Both the position numbers and the translations under genes were made by a program. The notes beneath the pieces were generated by a model that saw only the letters and a program-made list of their open reading frames with translations, ran no database searches and was not told where the DNA came from. DNA of 61,146 bases, filler included. It is 9 parts of 9 records of this genome, joined end to end, with 100 filler letters (N's around TTAATTAATTAA, not from the genome) between each part and the next. Parts side by side here need not be neighbours in the genome. Positions count along the whole stretch, not along the records: positions 24,502 to 30,275 come from SRR31156797_45388; positions 30,376 to 35,507 come from SRR31156797_45417; positions 35,608 to 44,244 come from SRR31156797_45456; 6 more parts are not named here. One strand, given 5' to 3'. Below are positions 28,775 to 38,761 of the stretch, in pieces; the first letter of the stretch is position 1; each line of letters begins with the position of its first letter.

Positions 28775-29005
28775 TCAACCCTGTTGAAAATCCATCATCA
28801 GGTTGCGCAAATCCTCGACAAGCGAGTACATTTTTTCAGCCTGCTCGCGCATCTGGTCTACAGCCTTGTAATTTGGATCTTCTTCCGTAATCTTTAGCAG
28901 CAGCAGTTCACTTCTGGCCAGTATGACTGTAAGGGGTTGGTTTATGTCATGTAGTATTTTCCTGGACTGCGCGATCAGATCGTCCACATCTCTTCCACCA
29001 GTCAT
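28775..29005 (-). CDS. Small stand-alone HisKA (DHp) domain protein
   Basis: LHDINQPLTVILARSELL H-box with no ATPase domain; ATG preceded by GAGGAG. Confidence 0.7.
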   Translation of the reverse strand: MTGGRDVDDLIAQSRKILHDINQPLTVILARSELLLLKITEEDPNYKAVDQMREQAEKMYSLVEDLRNLMMDFQQG

Positions 29006-29238
29006 TTTACTCCTCTTCACCGACAAAACGTGAGCCGTCCGAAAAACGTCCGGCAATTATTTTATTAGTAACTTTTTGCCTTTAACCGGTCAAGGCGTTA
29101 TTTAAAATATAAGGATTTTATTCAGGCGCGGCCTGCCGGGTCCGTATATATTCCGTTTTCTCCACTGCTGTTAAAGCCCCCGATTTTTAGCAGTGGTTAC
29201 CGGAGAAAAGCCGCTTTTGTAATATTATTATTTATAGA

Positions 29239-29260
29239 GCCCCGCGGGCGCCCGCGGGGC
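29239..29260. terminator. Perfect 22-bp GC palindrome downstream of the CBS gene (possible terminator)
   Basis: GCCCCGCGGGCGCCCGCGGGGC is self-complementary and lies 7 bp past the stop. Confidence 0.5.
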
Positions 29261-29267
29261 GCCTATA

Positions 29268-29912
29268 TCAATCGCTTTCCTTAAAGCCGGCTTTTTCCAG
29301 CGCTTCCAGAAGACTTTTGGTATTTTTTGTTTTTACCCGGACATAAATGCAATTGCCGCCGGTATCCCTTAAGGGCAGGATAAACATACCGAGATTCGGG
29401 ACGCCCTGTTGTTCAACAACTTCGGCTATGCGACGAAGCTCGCCGACGCTGTCTTCATCTCCAACGGCTTCAAGAGCGATTATGGAAGATTGCTCCCTGG
29501 TGCCGAAAATATGAATCATGGCGCTGGTAATTTCGGTTTCGGTCACAATTCCGACAAGCTTGCCTTGCTCCACCACGGGGAAAGATCCGATTCCCTTCTT
29601 ATGCCCTTCAAGTATTACGTCTATAACCGAATCATCGGGACCAACCGCTATTGGACTTTTGCGCATCACGTCTTTGACCTGGAGTTTGAGAATGAGATAG
29701 TTGAGCTCATGAATGGATAGGGATGTCGCGGCTGATGGTGATGCTTCAATGATGTTGCGGTAGGTGACAATGCCTAGCAGCTTGCCCTGTTCTACAACCG
29801 GCAGCCTTCTGATGTTGTTTTCTTTCATTATTGACTTGGCGTCAATAATAAGAGTGTCGGGCGCAACAGTAATGGGATCGGGCGTCATCCAGTGCTTTAT
29901 TTTCATCGGCAA
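29268..29912 (-). CDS. acuB: CBS-pair + ACT-like domain protein (AcuB-like)
   Basis: WMTPDPITV, IRRLPVV, ASPSAATSLSIHELNYL and LVGIVTETE. Confidence 0.75.
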   Translation of the reverse strand: MPMKIKHWMTPDPITVAPDTLIIDAKSIMKENNIRRLPVVEQGKLLGIVTYRNIIEASPSAATSLSIHELNYLILKLQVKDVMRKSPIAVGPDDSVIDVILEGHKKGIGSFPVVEQGKLVGIVTETEITSAMIHIFGTREQSSIIALEAVGDEDSVGELRRIAEVVEQQGVPNLGMFILPLRDTGGNCIYVRVKTKNTKSLLEALEKAGFKESD

Positions 29913-30250
29913 CCTCCTGCGGGGCGGAATCCCCTGTGAAAAGTTAATAAGCGATTTTGAAAGGAATTATATACAAGTGTAAGCAAATACTAAAGAGTGG
30001 TCAAGGGAAACCACATTTTATGTGGTTTAAACGGCCTTTGCGTGTTAATAAAAACGATGCGCGCTTGTGATATTTTTATCAATGAAAATTCTGGAAAAAC
30101 ACTTTTTCATGTGACATACTGAGCGCGTCGACAGGTTGCTTTTTTACATATTATTGAATAGATACTGATTTCGAGCTTTGAAATCGATCAAACATCACGC
30201 CTGATTAAATCGAAATGCCGATTTCACAAAGATGATTTACAAAGCAATGA

Positions 30251-30275
30251 AGCTCCCCGCAGCAAGCTACGGGGC
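30251..30275 (+). repeat. Hairpin at the contig end resembling an IS200/IS605-type terminal palindrome or MITE
   Basis: CCCCGCAGC-AA-GCTACGGGG imperfect hairpin right at the assembly break. Confidence 0.4.
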
Positions 30276-30375
30276 NNNNNNNNNNNNNNNNNNNNNNNNN
30301 NNNNNNNNNNNNNNNNNNNTTAATTAATTAANNNNNNNNNNNNNNNNNNNNNNNNNNNNNNNNNNNNNNNNNNNN

Positions 30376-30447
30376 CCGTATGACGGGAAACTGTCACGTA
30401 CGGTTTTGAGGGGGCTTGGGGCCGGCAACGGCCCCCGGCTACCCGAT
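30376..30447 (+). mobile_element. 3' end of a group II intron (domains V and VI)
   Basis: CCGTATGACGG-GAAA-CTGTCACGTACGGTT (DV with GNRA loop and AC bulge, first bases cut off), followed by DVI GGGGGC...GGCC-GGCAAC-GGCC...GCTACCCGAT with a bulged A and an AY end. Confidence 0.9.
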
Positions 30448-30494
30448 TTATAGAAATTACAATCTATTTAAATCCTGATTAGGAGCAATGATTT

Positions 30495-33400
30495 ATGACC
30501 TCCAATGAACAGACTAATAACCGTTCTTTTTCTAATAGAGATGATAAAAAAGTTGATTTCGATAAATTTTTGAAAAAAAAATCTGATAAGTCGTCTGTCT
30601 ACTATGTTTATGGTGCTGGTGGAATCGGAAAAACAAGCCTTCATAAAGAACTGCAAAAAAGAATTGAAAAAAAAAAACTAAATGACATCCTTTGGTGCTA
30701 TTTTGATCTCAGAGGGACAGAAGGGAAACTTGCTAAAAAAAGTTCCTTTTTGCTCAAATTGAGTCTCATCTTACATAATAGCTATAAAATAAAATTCGAC
30801 TGTTTTAAGTTAGCTTACTCAACATATCATGGGATTTGTAATCCTGGTGTTTCTTTTGATTTAGATTCTTTATTTAGGTACCTCGAATCCGCAGATGATG
30901 CTCTTGCAATAATAAAAGAAGCTTCAGATTTTGTTGGAGAATGCAGCATTCCAATCGCCGGCACCGCAGTTAAATGGGGAAAAAGTTTTAGGCGGATCAA
31001 GGGAGTATTTTCAAACAAAAAACTTGAGAAAAAGTATCCTGATTTGGAAAGGATGCGGAATTTAAGTAGCGCTGAAATAGAAGAAGGAGATTACCTTTCG
31101 AAATTCTTTTATATCGATCTGGAACAATTTCTCAAAGAAAAAAATAAGAGACTTGTGGTTTTTATAGATACCTACGAAGCTCTTTGGGGAGATAGCTCAA
31201 ATACTGACTACAAATCTATCAATATGGATGACTGGGTTAGAGATCTAATTCTAAATTCTCCAGGCCTCTTATGGTATATAAGTGGGCGCGAACGTTTGCT
31301 CTGGGAAAGGCGGGATGAGAAATGGTCTGAGTTATTAACCCAAGATGAACTTTTTGGTTTGAATGAGTCCGATATGAAATCTTTCCTGTTCGAGGAGGGC
31401 GTTACAGATCAGAAAATTATAGATCATTTGATATCAAAATCTAAAGGGTTACCATATTTTTTAGCCTTATCGCTTGAAACTTGGGATAACATAATTAAAA
31501 AGGGGGAAAAGCCGAAAATAAAAGATTTTGCTGACACATATGCAGATCTTCATGATCGTTTCTGGAGACATATAAATAGGGATGAGCAGCAAATACTGGA
31601 AGCACTATCAATACCTCACTTTTTTAATTATGAAATTTTTAAAGATATAATTAAAGCTTTTACGATACCCTATTCTTCTCTAAATTTTGAAGCTCTTTGT
31701 AAGTATTCCTTTATTAACCAAACAGATAAAGAAGGAACGTTTGAGCTACATAACCTTATGCGTGCCAATATTCAAAAGTATATGGATGAATCTGTTAAAA
31801 TTAGAGTGAATAAACATTTATTTAAATACTATTCCGCCAGAATTGAAAATTTTAATAAAAAAAGCATTACTGATGAAAACATCAGTGATTTTGAGCTAGC
31901 TTTATATCATGGCATCCGGAGTGATGATGATATTGATCATATACTTAACTGGTTTAATACCAGTATTAAACCGTTCTACAATACAAATAAAAATCTTGAA
32001 ATAGAACCACTATACAATGAACTAAAACAGCACCTTGACAAAATCAGTCATAGTGAATCAGTCGAATATGGATATTTTTTATATAAACTTGGTTACCTTT
32101 CGTATATTTTGGGGAAAGATGAATTCGCCGATTCTTGCTACGAAAAAGCATTAAAAATTTTTCATTCTAATCGGCAAAATAGTGTTATAGCCAATAAGTT
32201 AAAGGGAAAAACAATTCATAAGCAAAGTTTGTCTTGCGCAAGAAAAGGTAACGATAACGAGGCATTATCAAAAATACAGCTTGCATACAAAATCAGTATA
32301 GAATATGGCACCAAAAACGATTTAATCACTAATTTAATCACTTTTGTATCTCTTCTTAATAAAGTTCGTGAGTTTAAAAAAGCTATAAAGTTTGGAGAAA
32401 AAGCTTTAAAAGTATCAAGGAAAATTGGCAATAGAACCACTGAGGGTCGCAGCCTTCATATATTAGGAGTAGCTTATAAAAATCTTTTTGATCATAAAGC
32501 CGCAATTGATCATTTTAAAAAGGCATTAGTAATTTCTAAAGAGATTGATGATCTGATTTGTGAGCGTAATACTCTTCACTCATTAGGGAGGTTCTTTAGT
32601 GAGACTGGTGCTTTTGAAAAAGCAATTGACTCTATTACAAAAGCTCTAGAAATATCTCAAAAAATGGGGGATCCTTATGGTGAAAGTTCAGCTTTGGTTT
32701 CTATTGCGACTATTTACGATAAGCTTAATGAATTCAATTTAACTCTTAATTATTATAATAAATCATTAGCAATTTGTCGACGGTTGGGTCTCTCGGATCG
32801 TGAAGGAGACCTTTTAAAGAAGTTGGCAAACTTACATATCAAAATTAACAAGGATGAAGAGGCGATTGATTATTTTTATAAAGCCGTAAAGGTATATAGA
32901 GATGCTTCAAATAAAAAATCTGGAGCAATTGTTTTGGGGCTACTTGGTGAGCTTTATGGGAATTTTGGTGAGCGTGAGAAATCCATTTCTCATTTCGAAA
33001 AAGCAGAAAAAATTCTAAAGGAAAACGATGATCAAGAGTTAGCATTAATGTGCTTGGGGGAGCTACATAAAAAAGATGGAAAGTATAAAAAAATGCTCGA
33101 TTGTTATGAACAAGCTGTGGAAATATGTAGACAGAAGGGCCGCCAGGAACTTGATAAACAAAAAGTCCTCCACGCAAAGATAACTGAAGGTACTATTCTA
33201 TCTGAATTAGGATCGGCTTATACCGATCAAAATGAATTTGAAAAGGCCATTGATTGCTATAATCAGTCTCTGCAAATATTTAAAAAGCTTCATGATAAAA
33301 AGAATGAGGTATTTGCTTTGGATGGTTTGGGAAAGACTTATCAGACACTTGGGGAACATAAGAAAGCTCTTGAATTTTACGAACGATCTTTGAAAATATC

Positions 33401-35411
33401 CAGACAAAGTAATGACCTAGAAACGGTATGTAATACTTTGTATAACACTGGCCTATTTTATGCTGATATTAACGAAACTGAAAAAGCAATACACTTATAT
33501 GGACAAGCCTTAAAATTAGCTAAAAAGATTGGTAATCGAGAAAAAGAAAGTAGATGTTTGCAAGATTTGGGAAATGCTTATGATGAAGATAACGAGACTG
33601 ATAGAGCCATTGATTGTTATGAAAGAGCCTTAGATATATCCAAACAAATTAAAAACCGAGAAATAGAAAGTGGCGTTTTGCATAATTTAGGAACTATATA
33701 TTTCAAGCTACAAAAGAACAATGAATCAATTGTTTTTTTTAAAAAATCTGCAGAATTATTTGGGCTCATTGGCGATAAAGAAAAAGAGGAATGGAGTATA
33801 AATGGCCAGGGATTAGCCTATCGAAAAATAGGAAATTTTGAAAAAACTATTGAATGTTTTGAAAAATCCTTGAAATTATCTCTAGAAATTGGCAACCGAC
33901 AAACTGAGCTTTCAAGATCAAACAACCTGGGACAAGTATATCTCAATATTGAAAATTATAAAAAATCCATTGAATATTTTGAGCAGACTTTAATAATCAA
34001 TCGAGAGTTCGGCGATCAAAATATTGAAGCTGATACTCTATCGTTTTTGGGAATTAGCCATTCAGGAGGTAAAGATTATACAAAAGCCACTGACTATTTT
34101 AAACAGTCTCTGGATTTATTAAAAAAAATTGGGAATCGCCAAGGAGAAGCACACCAGCTACGTTGTTTAGGACTTACCAATAACATGCTTCTAAAGTATA
34201 AAGAAGCCATTGAATATTTCGAGCAAGCCTTAAAAATTTATCGAGAGATTGGTAGTCAGGAAGACGTATTATTTACTCTAAACAAATTAGCGGAGACTTA
34301 TTGGAATCTCAACGAATATAAAAATGCGATTCAATATTATGAACAGGCCTTGAAAATAAACAGGGAAATTGGCGATCAAGAAAGCACAAGATTGTGTCTT
34401 GTTGATTTGGGTGATGCATATACAAATCTCAATGACTACAAAAAAGCTCTTGATTACTATGAACAAGCTTTCGAAGTAAGCAAAAAAAACGATAACCAGA
34501 ATGGAAAAATATTTGTTTTGGGCAAGTTGGGATGTGCATTTAACTCACTCAATGAGCATGATAAAGCCATTTGTGTTTTTGATAAAGCCATCAGATTGGC
34601 TAGGAGCATTGGTGATGAAGCTTATGAGGAATGGATATTAGGTGACATGGGAATCGCCTTCGAAAATCTCGGTGATTCCATAAAAGCCATTGATTGTTAT
34701 AAGCAATCAATGAAAATAAGTAGAAAAAAAGGTCATCAAGGTGATGAACAGTGGGCATTGTACAAAATCGGGCATGCCAACAATGGACTGAAAAAGTATA
34801 GTATCGCTATTGAATATTTTCAGAAAGCATTAGAAATAAACTTGAAGATGGGCAGCCGAAAAGGTGAATGCCAAAACTTATGGGATATTGGCGTTGCTTA
34901 TCAAAATATTGGTGAGTATCAAAAAGCTATTGAGTTCGCTAATCAGGCACTAAAAATATGTAAAGACATTAATGATAAATTCGGAGAAAGAGCTAATCTT
35001 GGGAATTTGGGGAATAGTTATATCGGTCTTAAAGAATATGAAAAAGCGATTGGCTATTATGTAAAGGCTCTTGAAATATCTAAAGAGACTGATGACCTCG
35101 ATGGTGAAATATGGAATCTATTTCGTTTAGGAAGTGCATACAAAGATCTTAAGAAGTACAAAAAGGCCATCGAATATTATGAAGTGTCCCTAAAAAAATG
35201 TAGGCAGATTGGCAACCAGGAAGGCGAAGCTGAATGCCTATGCGAAATAGGAGTTAATTATAGAAATCTTAATGATAAAGATAAGGCCACAGATTATCTT
35301 GAACAAGCTCTTGAAATTTTTATAGAGATCAAATCTCCAACAGCCGAATTAGTGAAAAATGATTTGGATGAAATAAAAAAAACTCTTGGAATTATTGTCG
35401 GACCAAGCTAA
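30495..35411 (+). CDS. STAND-like P-loop NTPase with a very long TPR array (1638 aa)
   Basis: FSNRD pre-P-loop motif, Walker A YGAGGIGKTSL, Walker B VVFIDTYE, GLPYFL, FELHNLMR, then more than 20 repeats of about 40 aa (LG..Y.......AI.Y..QAL.I...IG). Confidence 0.9.
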   Translation: MTSNEQTNNRSFSNRDDKKVDFDKFLKKKSDKSSVYYVYGAGGIGKTSLHKELQKRIEKKKLNDILWCYFDLRGTEGKLAKKSSFLLKLSLILHNSYKIKFDCFKLAYSTYHGICNPGVSFDLDSLFRYLESADDALAIIKEASDFVGECSIPIAGTAVKWGKSFRRIKGVFSNKKLEKKYPDLERMRNLSSAEIEEGDYLSKFFYIDLEQFLKEKNKRLVVFIDTYEALWGDSSNTDYKSINMDDWVRDLILNSPGLLWYISGRERLLWERRDEKWSELLTQDELFGLNESDMKSFLFEEGVTDQKIIDHLISKSKGLPYFLALSLETWDNIIKKGEKPKIKDFADTYADLHDRFWRHINRDEQQILEALSIPHFFNYEIFKDIIKAFTIPYSSLNFEALCKYSFINQTDKEGTFELHNLMRANIQKYMDESVKIRVNKHLFKYYSARIENFNKKSITDENISDFELALYHGIRSDDDIDHILNWFNTSIKPFYNTNKNLEIEPLYNELKQHLDKISHSESVEYGYFLYKLGYLSYILGKDEFADSCYEKALKIFHSNRQNSVIANKLKGKTIHKQSLSCARKGNDNEALSKIQLAYKISIEYGTKNDLITNLITFVSLLNKVREFKKAIKFGEKALKVSRKIGNRTTEGRSLHILGVAYKNLFDHKAAIDHFKKALVISKEIDDLICERNTLHSLGRFFSETGAFEKAIDSITKALEISQKMGDPYGESSALVSIATIYDKLNEFNLTLNYYNKSLAICRRLGLSDREGDLLKKLANLHIKINKDEEAIDYFYKAVKVYRDASNKKSGAIVLGLLGELYGNFGEREKSISHFEKAEKILKENDDQELALMCLGELHKKDGKYKKMLDCYEQAVEICRQKGRQELDKQKVLHAKITEGTILSELGSAYTDQNEFEKAIDCYNQSLQIFKKLHDKKNEVFALDGLGKTYQTLGEHKKALEFYERSLKISRQSNDLETVCNTLYNTGLFYADINETEKAIHLYGQALKLAKKIGNREKESRCLQDLGNAYDEDNETDRAIDCYERALDISKQIKNREIESGVLHNLGTIYFKLQKNNESIVFFKKSAELFGLIGDKEKEEWSINGQGLAYRKIGNFEKTIECFEKSLKLSLEIGNRQTELSRSNNLGQVYLNIENYKKSIEYFEQTLIINREFGDQNIEADTLSFLGISHSGGKDYTKATDYFKQSLDLLKKIGNRQGEAHQLRCLGLTNNMLLKYKEAIEYFEQALKIYREIGSQEDVLFTLNKLAETYWNLNEYKNAIQYYEQALKINREIGDQESTRLCLVDLGDAYTNLNDYKKALDYYEQAFEVSKKNDNQNGKIFVLGKLGCAFNSLNEHDKAICVFDKAIRLARSIGDEAYEEWILGDMGIAFENLGDSIKAIDCYKQSMKISRKKGHQGDEQWALYKIGHANNGLKKYSIAIEYFQKALEINLKMGSRKGECQNLWDIGVAYQNIGEYQKAIEFANQALKICKDINDKFGERANLGNLGNSYIGLKEYEKAIGYYVKALEISKETDDLDGEIWNLFRLGSAYKDLKKYKKAIEYYEVSLKKCRQIGNQEGEAECLCEIGVNYRNLNDKDKATDYLEQALEIFIEIKSPTAELVKNDLDEIKKTLGIIVGPS

Positions 35412-35964
35412 TAGGCTGATGATATGGAGCCCCGAAAAACATCGAGAATAGCGTCTTAGGTTGACGCTTTGGGCTTCCCCCCTGTGTCAGCATAGATGTC
35501 GCCTCAANNNNNNNNNNNNNNNNNNNNNNNNNNNNNNNNNNNNNNNNNNNNTTAATTAATTAANNNNNNNNNNNNNNNNNNNNNNNNNNNNNNNNNNNNN
35601 NNNNNNNGGAGAGCATTTCTACTACATTTATGGGGCTTTGGGGTTGGGTCGGGCCGCGATCGGACAGCCAGGGCTGGGTGGTCCTGAAGCCGCTGATGGT
35701 CGGGTCTTCCCATATGGCATGATTGCCCACGGCCACGAACACCCTGCCGGGCAGCCCGAGGTCTTTTCCTGCCGGAGGCAGGCGGATCAATAATTCATCC
35801 TCGAAGAGCTGCCAGTAGGGACTTTCGTCCAGGGTCTTTCCCTGGAACCCGAAAAGTGGGATGCTGCAAATCCATGATTTCACGGGCATTGATCTTTTCG
35901 GGCCGCCACACTGGGGCGGATTGCCTCCCCAGGCCCCCTCCCGGTTCAGGAGATATCCAGCTTC

Positions 35965-36288
35965 CTACCGGATGTTCTGAACAATGGAAGGGGACCGTTT
36001 TAAATCATCGCTGACGGCAACCCAGTAGTTGGTATCAAGCTGAAACACACGCATTGTGCCGGTTAAGGTTTTACGGCCGTTGATCTTTAGAAAATAAACC
36101 GTATAACTGTTATCCTGATTCTTGTGTTTCCCGATGGTTTTCAAGAAAGAAAATTCTGAAGAATAATCAAATGCTTCAAAATGCTTGTCCGACGGAAAGG
36201 CGGCGCCGGTGTAGGGTCCCGCAAAAGCACTGTTAGAAAAATAAAGAACGATCAGAAAGATAAGGCCTGTCAGAAATGTTTTTTTCAC
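35965..36288 (-). CDS. Hypothetical secreted protein
   Basis: Signal peptide ending in AFA; RBS AGGAGG. Confidence 0.65.
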   Translation of the reverse strand: MKKTFLTGLIFLIVLYFSNSAFAGPYTGAAFPSDKHFEAFDYSSEFSFLKTIGKHKNQDNSYTVYFLKINGRKTLTGTMRVFQLDTNYWVAVSDDLKRSPSIVQNIR

Positions 36289-36342
36289 AATTGCCTCCTT
36301 ATAGAATAAATGAGTGTCGTATGGAAAGGGGTCACCATGGCG

Positions 36343-36906
36343 TTATCTTCTGACTATCAGCCCCCTGGCCTCTCCGATCTGGTCTTTCAGCCGGTCCATG
36401 AAATCAGGCGCCTTGACCGTCAGCTGATCTTCAGCCACAGAATCATAATTCAAACTTTCAACCTGAACAATATACACGCCTTCATCGATGGGGGGGGAAT
36501 CCAGAATGACAATGGGTTCCATATTGTCGTTCAATGTGACATCCGCTTTGAGTAGTTCGGAAATTTTGATCAGTTTTTCGATTTTTGTTGAAAATTTGCC
36601 TTCTTTGTCCGTGTAACCGGTAGCAATCGGGATTCCGTTCTCTGCCCCTGTATTGTAAGAATTCAATGGGCGTAATTTAATGTTGACCGAATCCTGGGGT
36701 CTGAACCCCCTGCCCCTGAAGACCACTTCCGTATCCAGCAATGTGGCGACCCCGAGGCTGATGGACGCGGGGTCAACAATTACCTGGGGAGAAGCGTCAT
36801 AGATGCTGAACAATGCATGCCTTGTTTTTCCTGTTGAACATCCCGACAGTGAAATCAGGGCGAGAAACAAAATCAGGTAAGAAAGCTTACTTTTCATCAG
36901 ATTCAT
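36343..36906 (-). CDS. Hypothetical lipoprotein
   Basis: Lipobox LSGC; RBS AGGAG before the ATG at 36906. Confidence 0.65.
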   Translation of the reverse strand: MNLMKSKLSYLILFLALISLSGCSTGKTRHALFSIYDASPQVIVDPASISLGVATLLDTEVVFRGRGFRPQDSVNIKLRPLNSYNTGAENGIPIATGYTDKEGKFSTKIEKLIKISELLKADVTLNDNMEPIVILDSPPIDEGVYIVQVESLNYDSVAEDQLTVKAPDFMDRLKDQIGEARGLIVRR

Positions 36907-36944
36907 TTTAATATCTCCTGCTGTTCGGCGGGTTAAAAAAAAGT

Positions 36945-38192
36945 TTAATTGGTCAGTATTTTTATTTTTCCTCCCCGCAGACACTGCACCAGGTGTACAT
37001 CCTCGGTGCCTTGTCTGCATGTGGGATCGTGGAGATCAAAGGGTTTGTAACTCAGCAGAGGCCCAATCCCCCGAAAATCGTTCAGCCCTTCCAGCTCCTG
37101 GATGAACCGTTCCCTTGTCACATCCCTGCCGCACCGCTTGAGCGCTTCCACGACGGGTTCGGCAAATGCGATGCCTGCATGAAAATTCATTCCCCAGCTG
37201 AAACCATTGGCTTCCATCAGCTGGTCCTTGCCGTAGTCTTTCATCTTGATATCGATGTATTCATCATCCCCCCCCGTGGTTTGGGACTGGTAGTAGGTCT
37301 CATAGGCATTTTGATATTTGCTCAGCAGGGCCTTGTTGGAATAATCCGCGAAATTGGCCGCTATCAGGCCTTTTATCAACCCCCGGCTGATCTTGTACAT
37401 CTTGCCGAAGTCCGACAATGAACTGGACGCCATCCATTGGGTCGACAAATCCATGTTTTTTGCTTTGCTCAGCACTTGAAGCGCATGAAAAGGGGTCAGC
37501 CATAAAAGAACCGTATCGGCCGGGTCCTTTTTCAGCTGAGAGATTACGGATGCCATATTGGTTTGATTGATATCCACTGGTATCGCTCTATGCAGATCCA
37601 TGTTCCGGAGGGCCAATTCCTCAGCGGCCCCTTTTAAACCGCTTTTTCCGTAGGCGTCATTCTGATAGACGATCGCAACCCGATTTTTATCCAGTTCATC
37701 GATGGCATAGGCGCAAAGGGTCTTGGCTTCGAGGTAGTAATGGGGATATATGGCAAAAACGTTTTCCCGGGGGGGCGTCACCCATAGATCCGATCCTGAT
37801 ACCGGGCCCACCCAGGGAACGCCGTTGTTCGACAGATAGTCAATAATCGCAAGCCCGGTCTCGGTTCCCACGCCCCCCTGCCAGGCAAAGATGCCGCTGG
37901 TTTCCATGAGCTTTTTCACGGTCGCCTGGGTCTTGGCGGGATTATACCGGTCGTCAAACCAGTGAAACACCACCTTTCGCCCATGAATGCCCCCTTCGTC
38001 ATTGACCATCTTGAATACAAGCTCGGAGCCGCGGATCACATCCCCCCACATTGCGGCGGGGCCTGTCATCGGGCCGAAGGAACCGATATGAATCTCAGTA
38101 CCGGTCACCCCTGTTTCCGCCATGGCCCCAAATGAAAAGACAAAAAACAAAAATAGCACTGCAATTAAATCAGAGATAATTTTCTTCCCCAT
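36945..38192 (-). CDS. Branched-chain amino acid-type ABC substrate-binding protein
   Basis: Signal peptide; GVT..EI.IG..GPMTGPAA, VNDEGGIHGRK, DDRYNP and YQNDAYG. Confidence 0.9.
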   Translation of the reverse strand: MGKKIISDLIAVLFLFFVFSFGAMAETGVTGTEIHIGSFGPMTGPAAMWGDVIRGSELVFKMVNDEGGIHGRKVVFHWFDDRYNPAKTQATVKKLMETSGIFAWQGGVGTETGLAIIDYLSNNGVPWVGPVSGSDLWVTPPRENVFAIYPHYYLEAKTLCAYAIDELDKNRVAIVYQNDAYGKSGLKGAAEELALRNMDLHRAIPVDINQTNMASVISQLKKDPADTVLLWLTPFHALQVLSKAKNMDLSTQWMASSSLSDFGKMYKISRGLIKGLIAANFADYSNKALLSKYQNAYETYYQSQTTGGDDEYIDIKMKDYGKDQLMEANGFSWGMNFHAGIAFAEPVVEALKRCGRDVTRERFIQELEGLNDFRGIGPLLSYKPFDLHDPTCRQGTEDVHLVQCLRGGKIKILTN

Positions 38193-38761
38193 TGTTTCCC
38201 CCTTTTGAAATGAAATTTGGTTGTGCCGGTGACCCTTGGTTGTGTCTGAAATCCATGCCCCTTTCAACGGTGTTTGTGATAAGTAATTACTTGTATGAAC
38301 GTCGAATGGGTGTAATGAACAGTGTTTATCTTGGTCGCGTACGCATCCACCCCATGGAAATCCAAATTCCGTGGTTTTAAAAAAACAAAAATGTAAACCG
38401 GCAAATGAAGGATGTTGAACGTTGATGGCGTTTCGTTTGCCGTGGCAACCTGAACGTTAAATCCGGGATTTGATCATCCCCTGGGCAAGGAGGGGGGCGT
38501 TTGATTTGCGATGGAGATCAAGAGCGCTTTAACCGGTCTTCAGAATGTTATCAGTTGCCCAGGTTCGCAAAATGAGCGAAACGATGAAAAAAACCTGAAT
38601 TCCAATTCATCGCTATTTGTAAATTAGATATGGGATAATGTAAAGAATTTATTTGAATGGAATTCCATAAAATTTCATCCCCTGGTCATGGGGTTGGCAT
38701 TTCGCTGAAAAGAGGTTATGGTGATGGCATTGTATCTTCCGGGAATAATTCTCCAAGGGAA

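Noticed and set aside
30376-30447. Class IIC-attC intron linked to the integron array
   Set aside because: It lies on a different contig, the DV form is not IIC-like, and the downstream gene is co-oriented with the intron.
32000-35400. CRISPR array or DGR-like nucleotide repeats in the TPR region
   Set aside because: The repeats are degenerate protein-level TPR units; I saw no identical DNA repeats, spacers or reverse transcriptase.
35608-35889. Partial ORF at the start of contig 6
   Set aside because: It has no recognisable motif and is truncated, so no product call is supportable.
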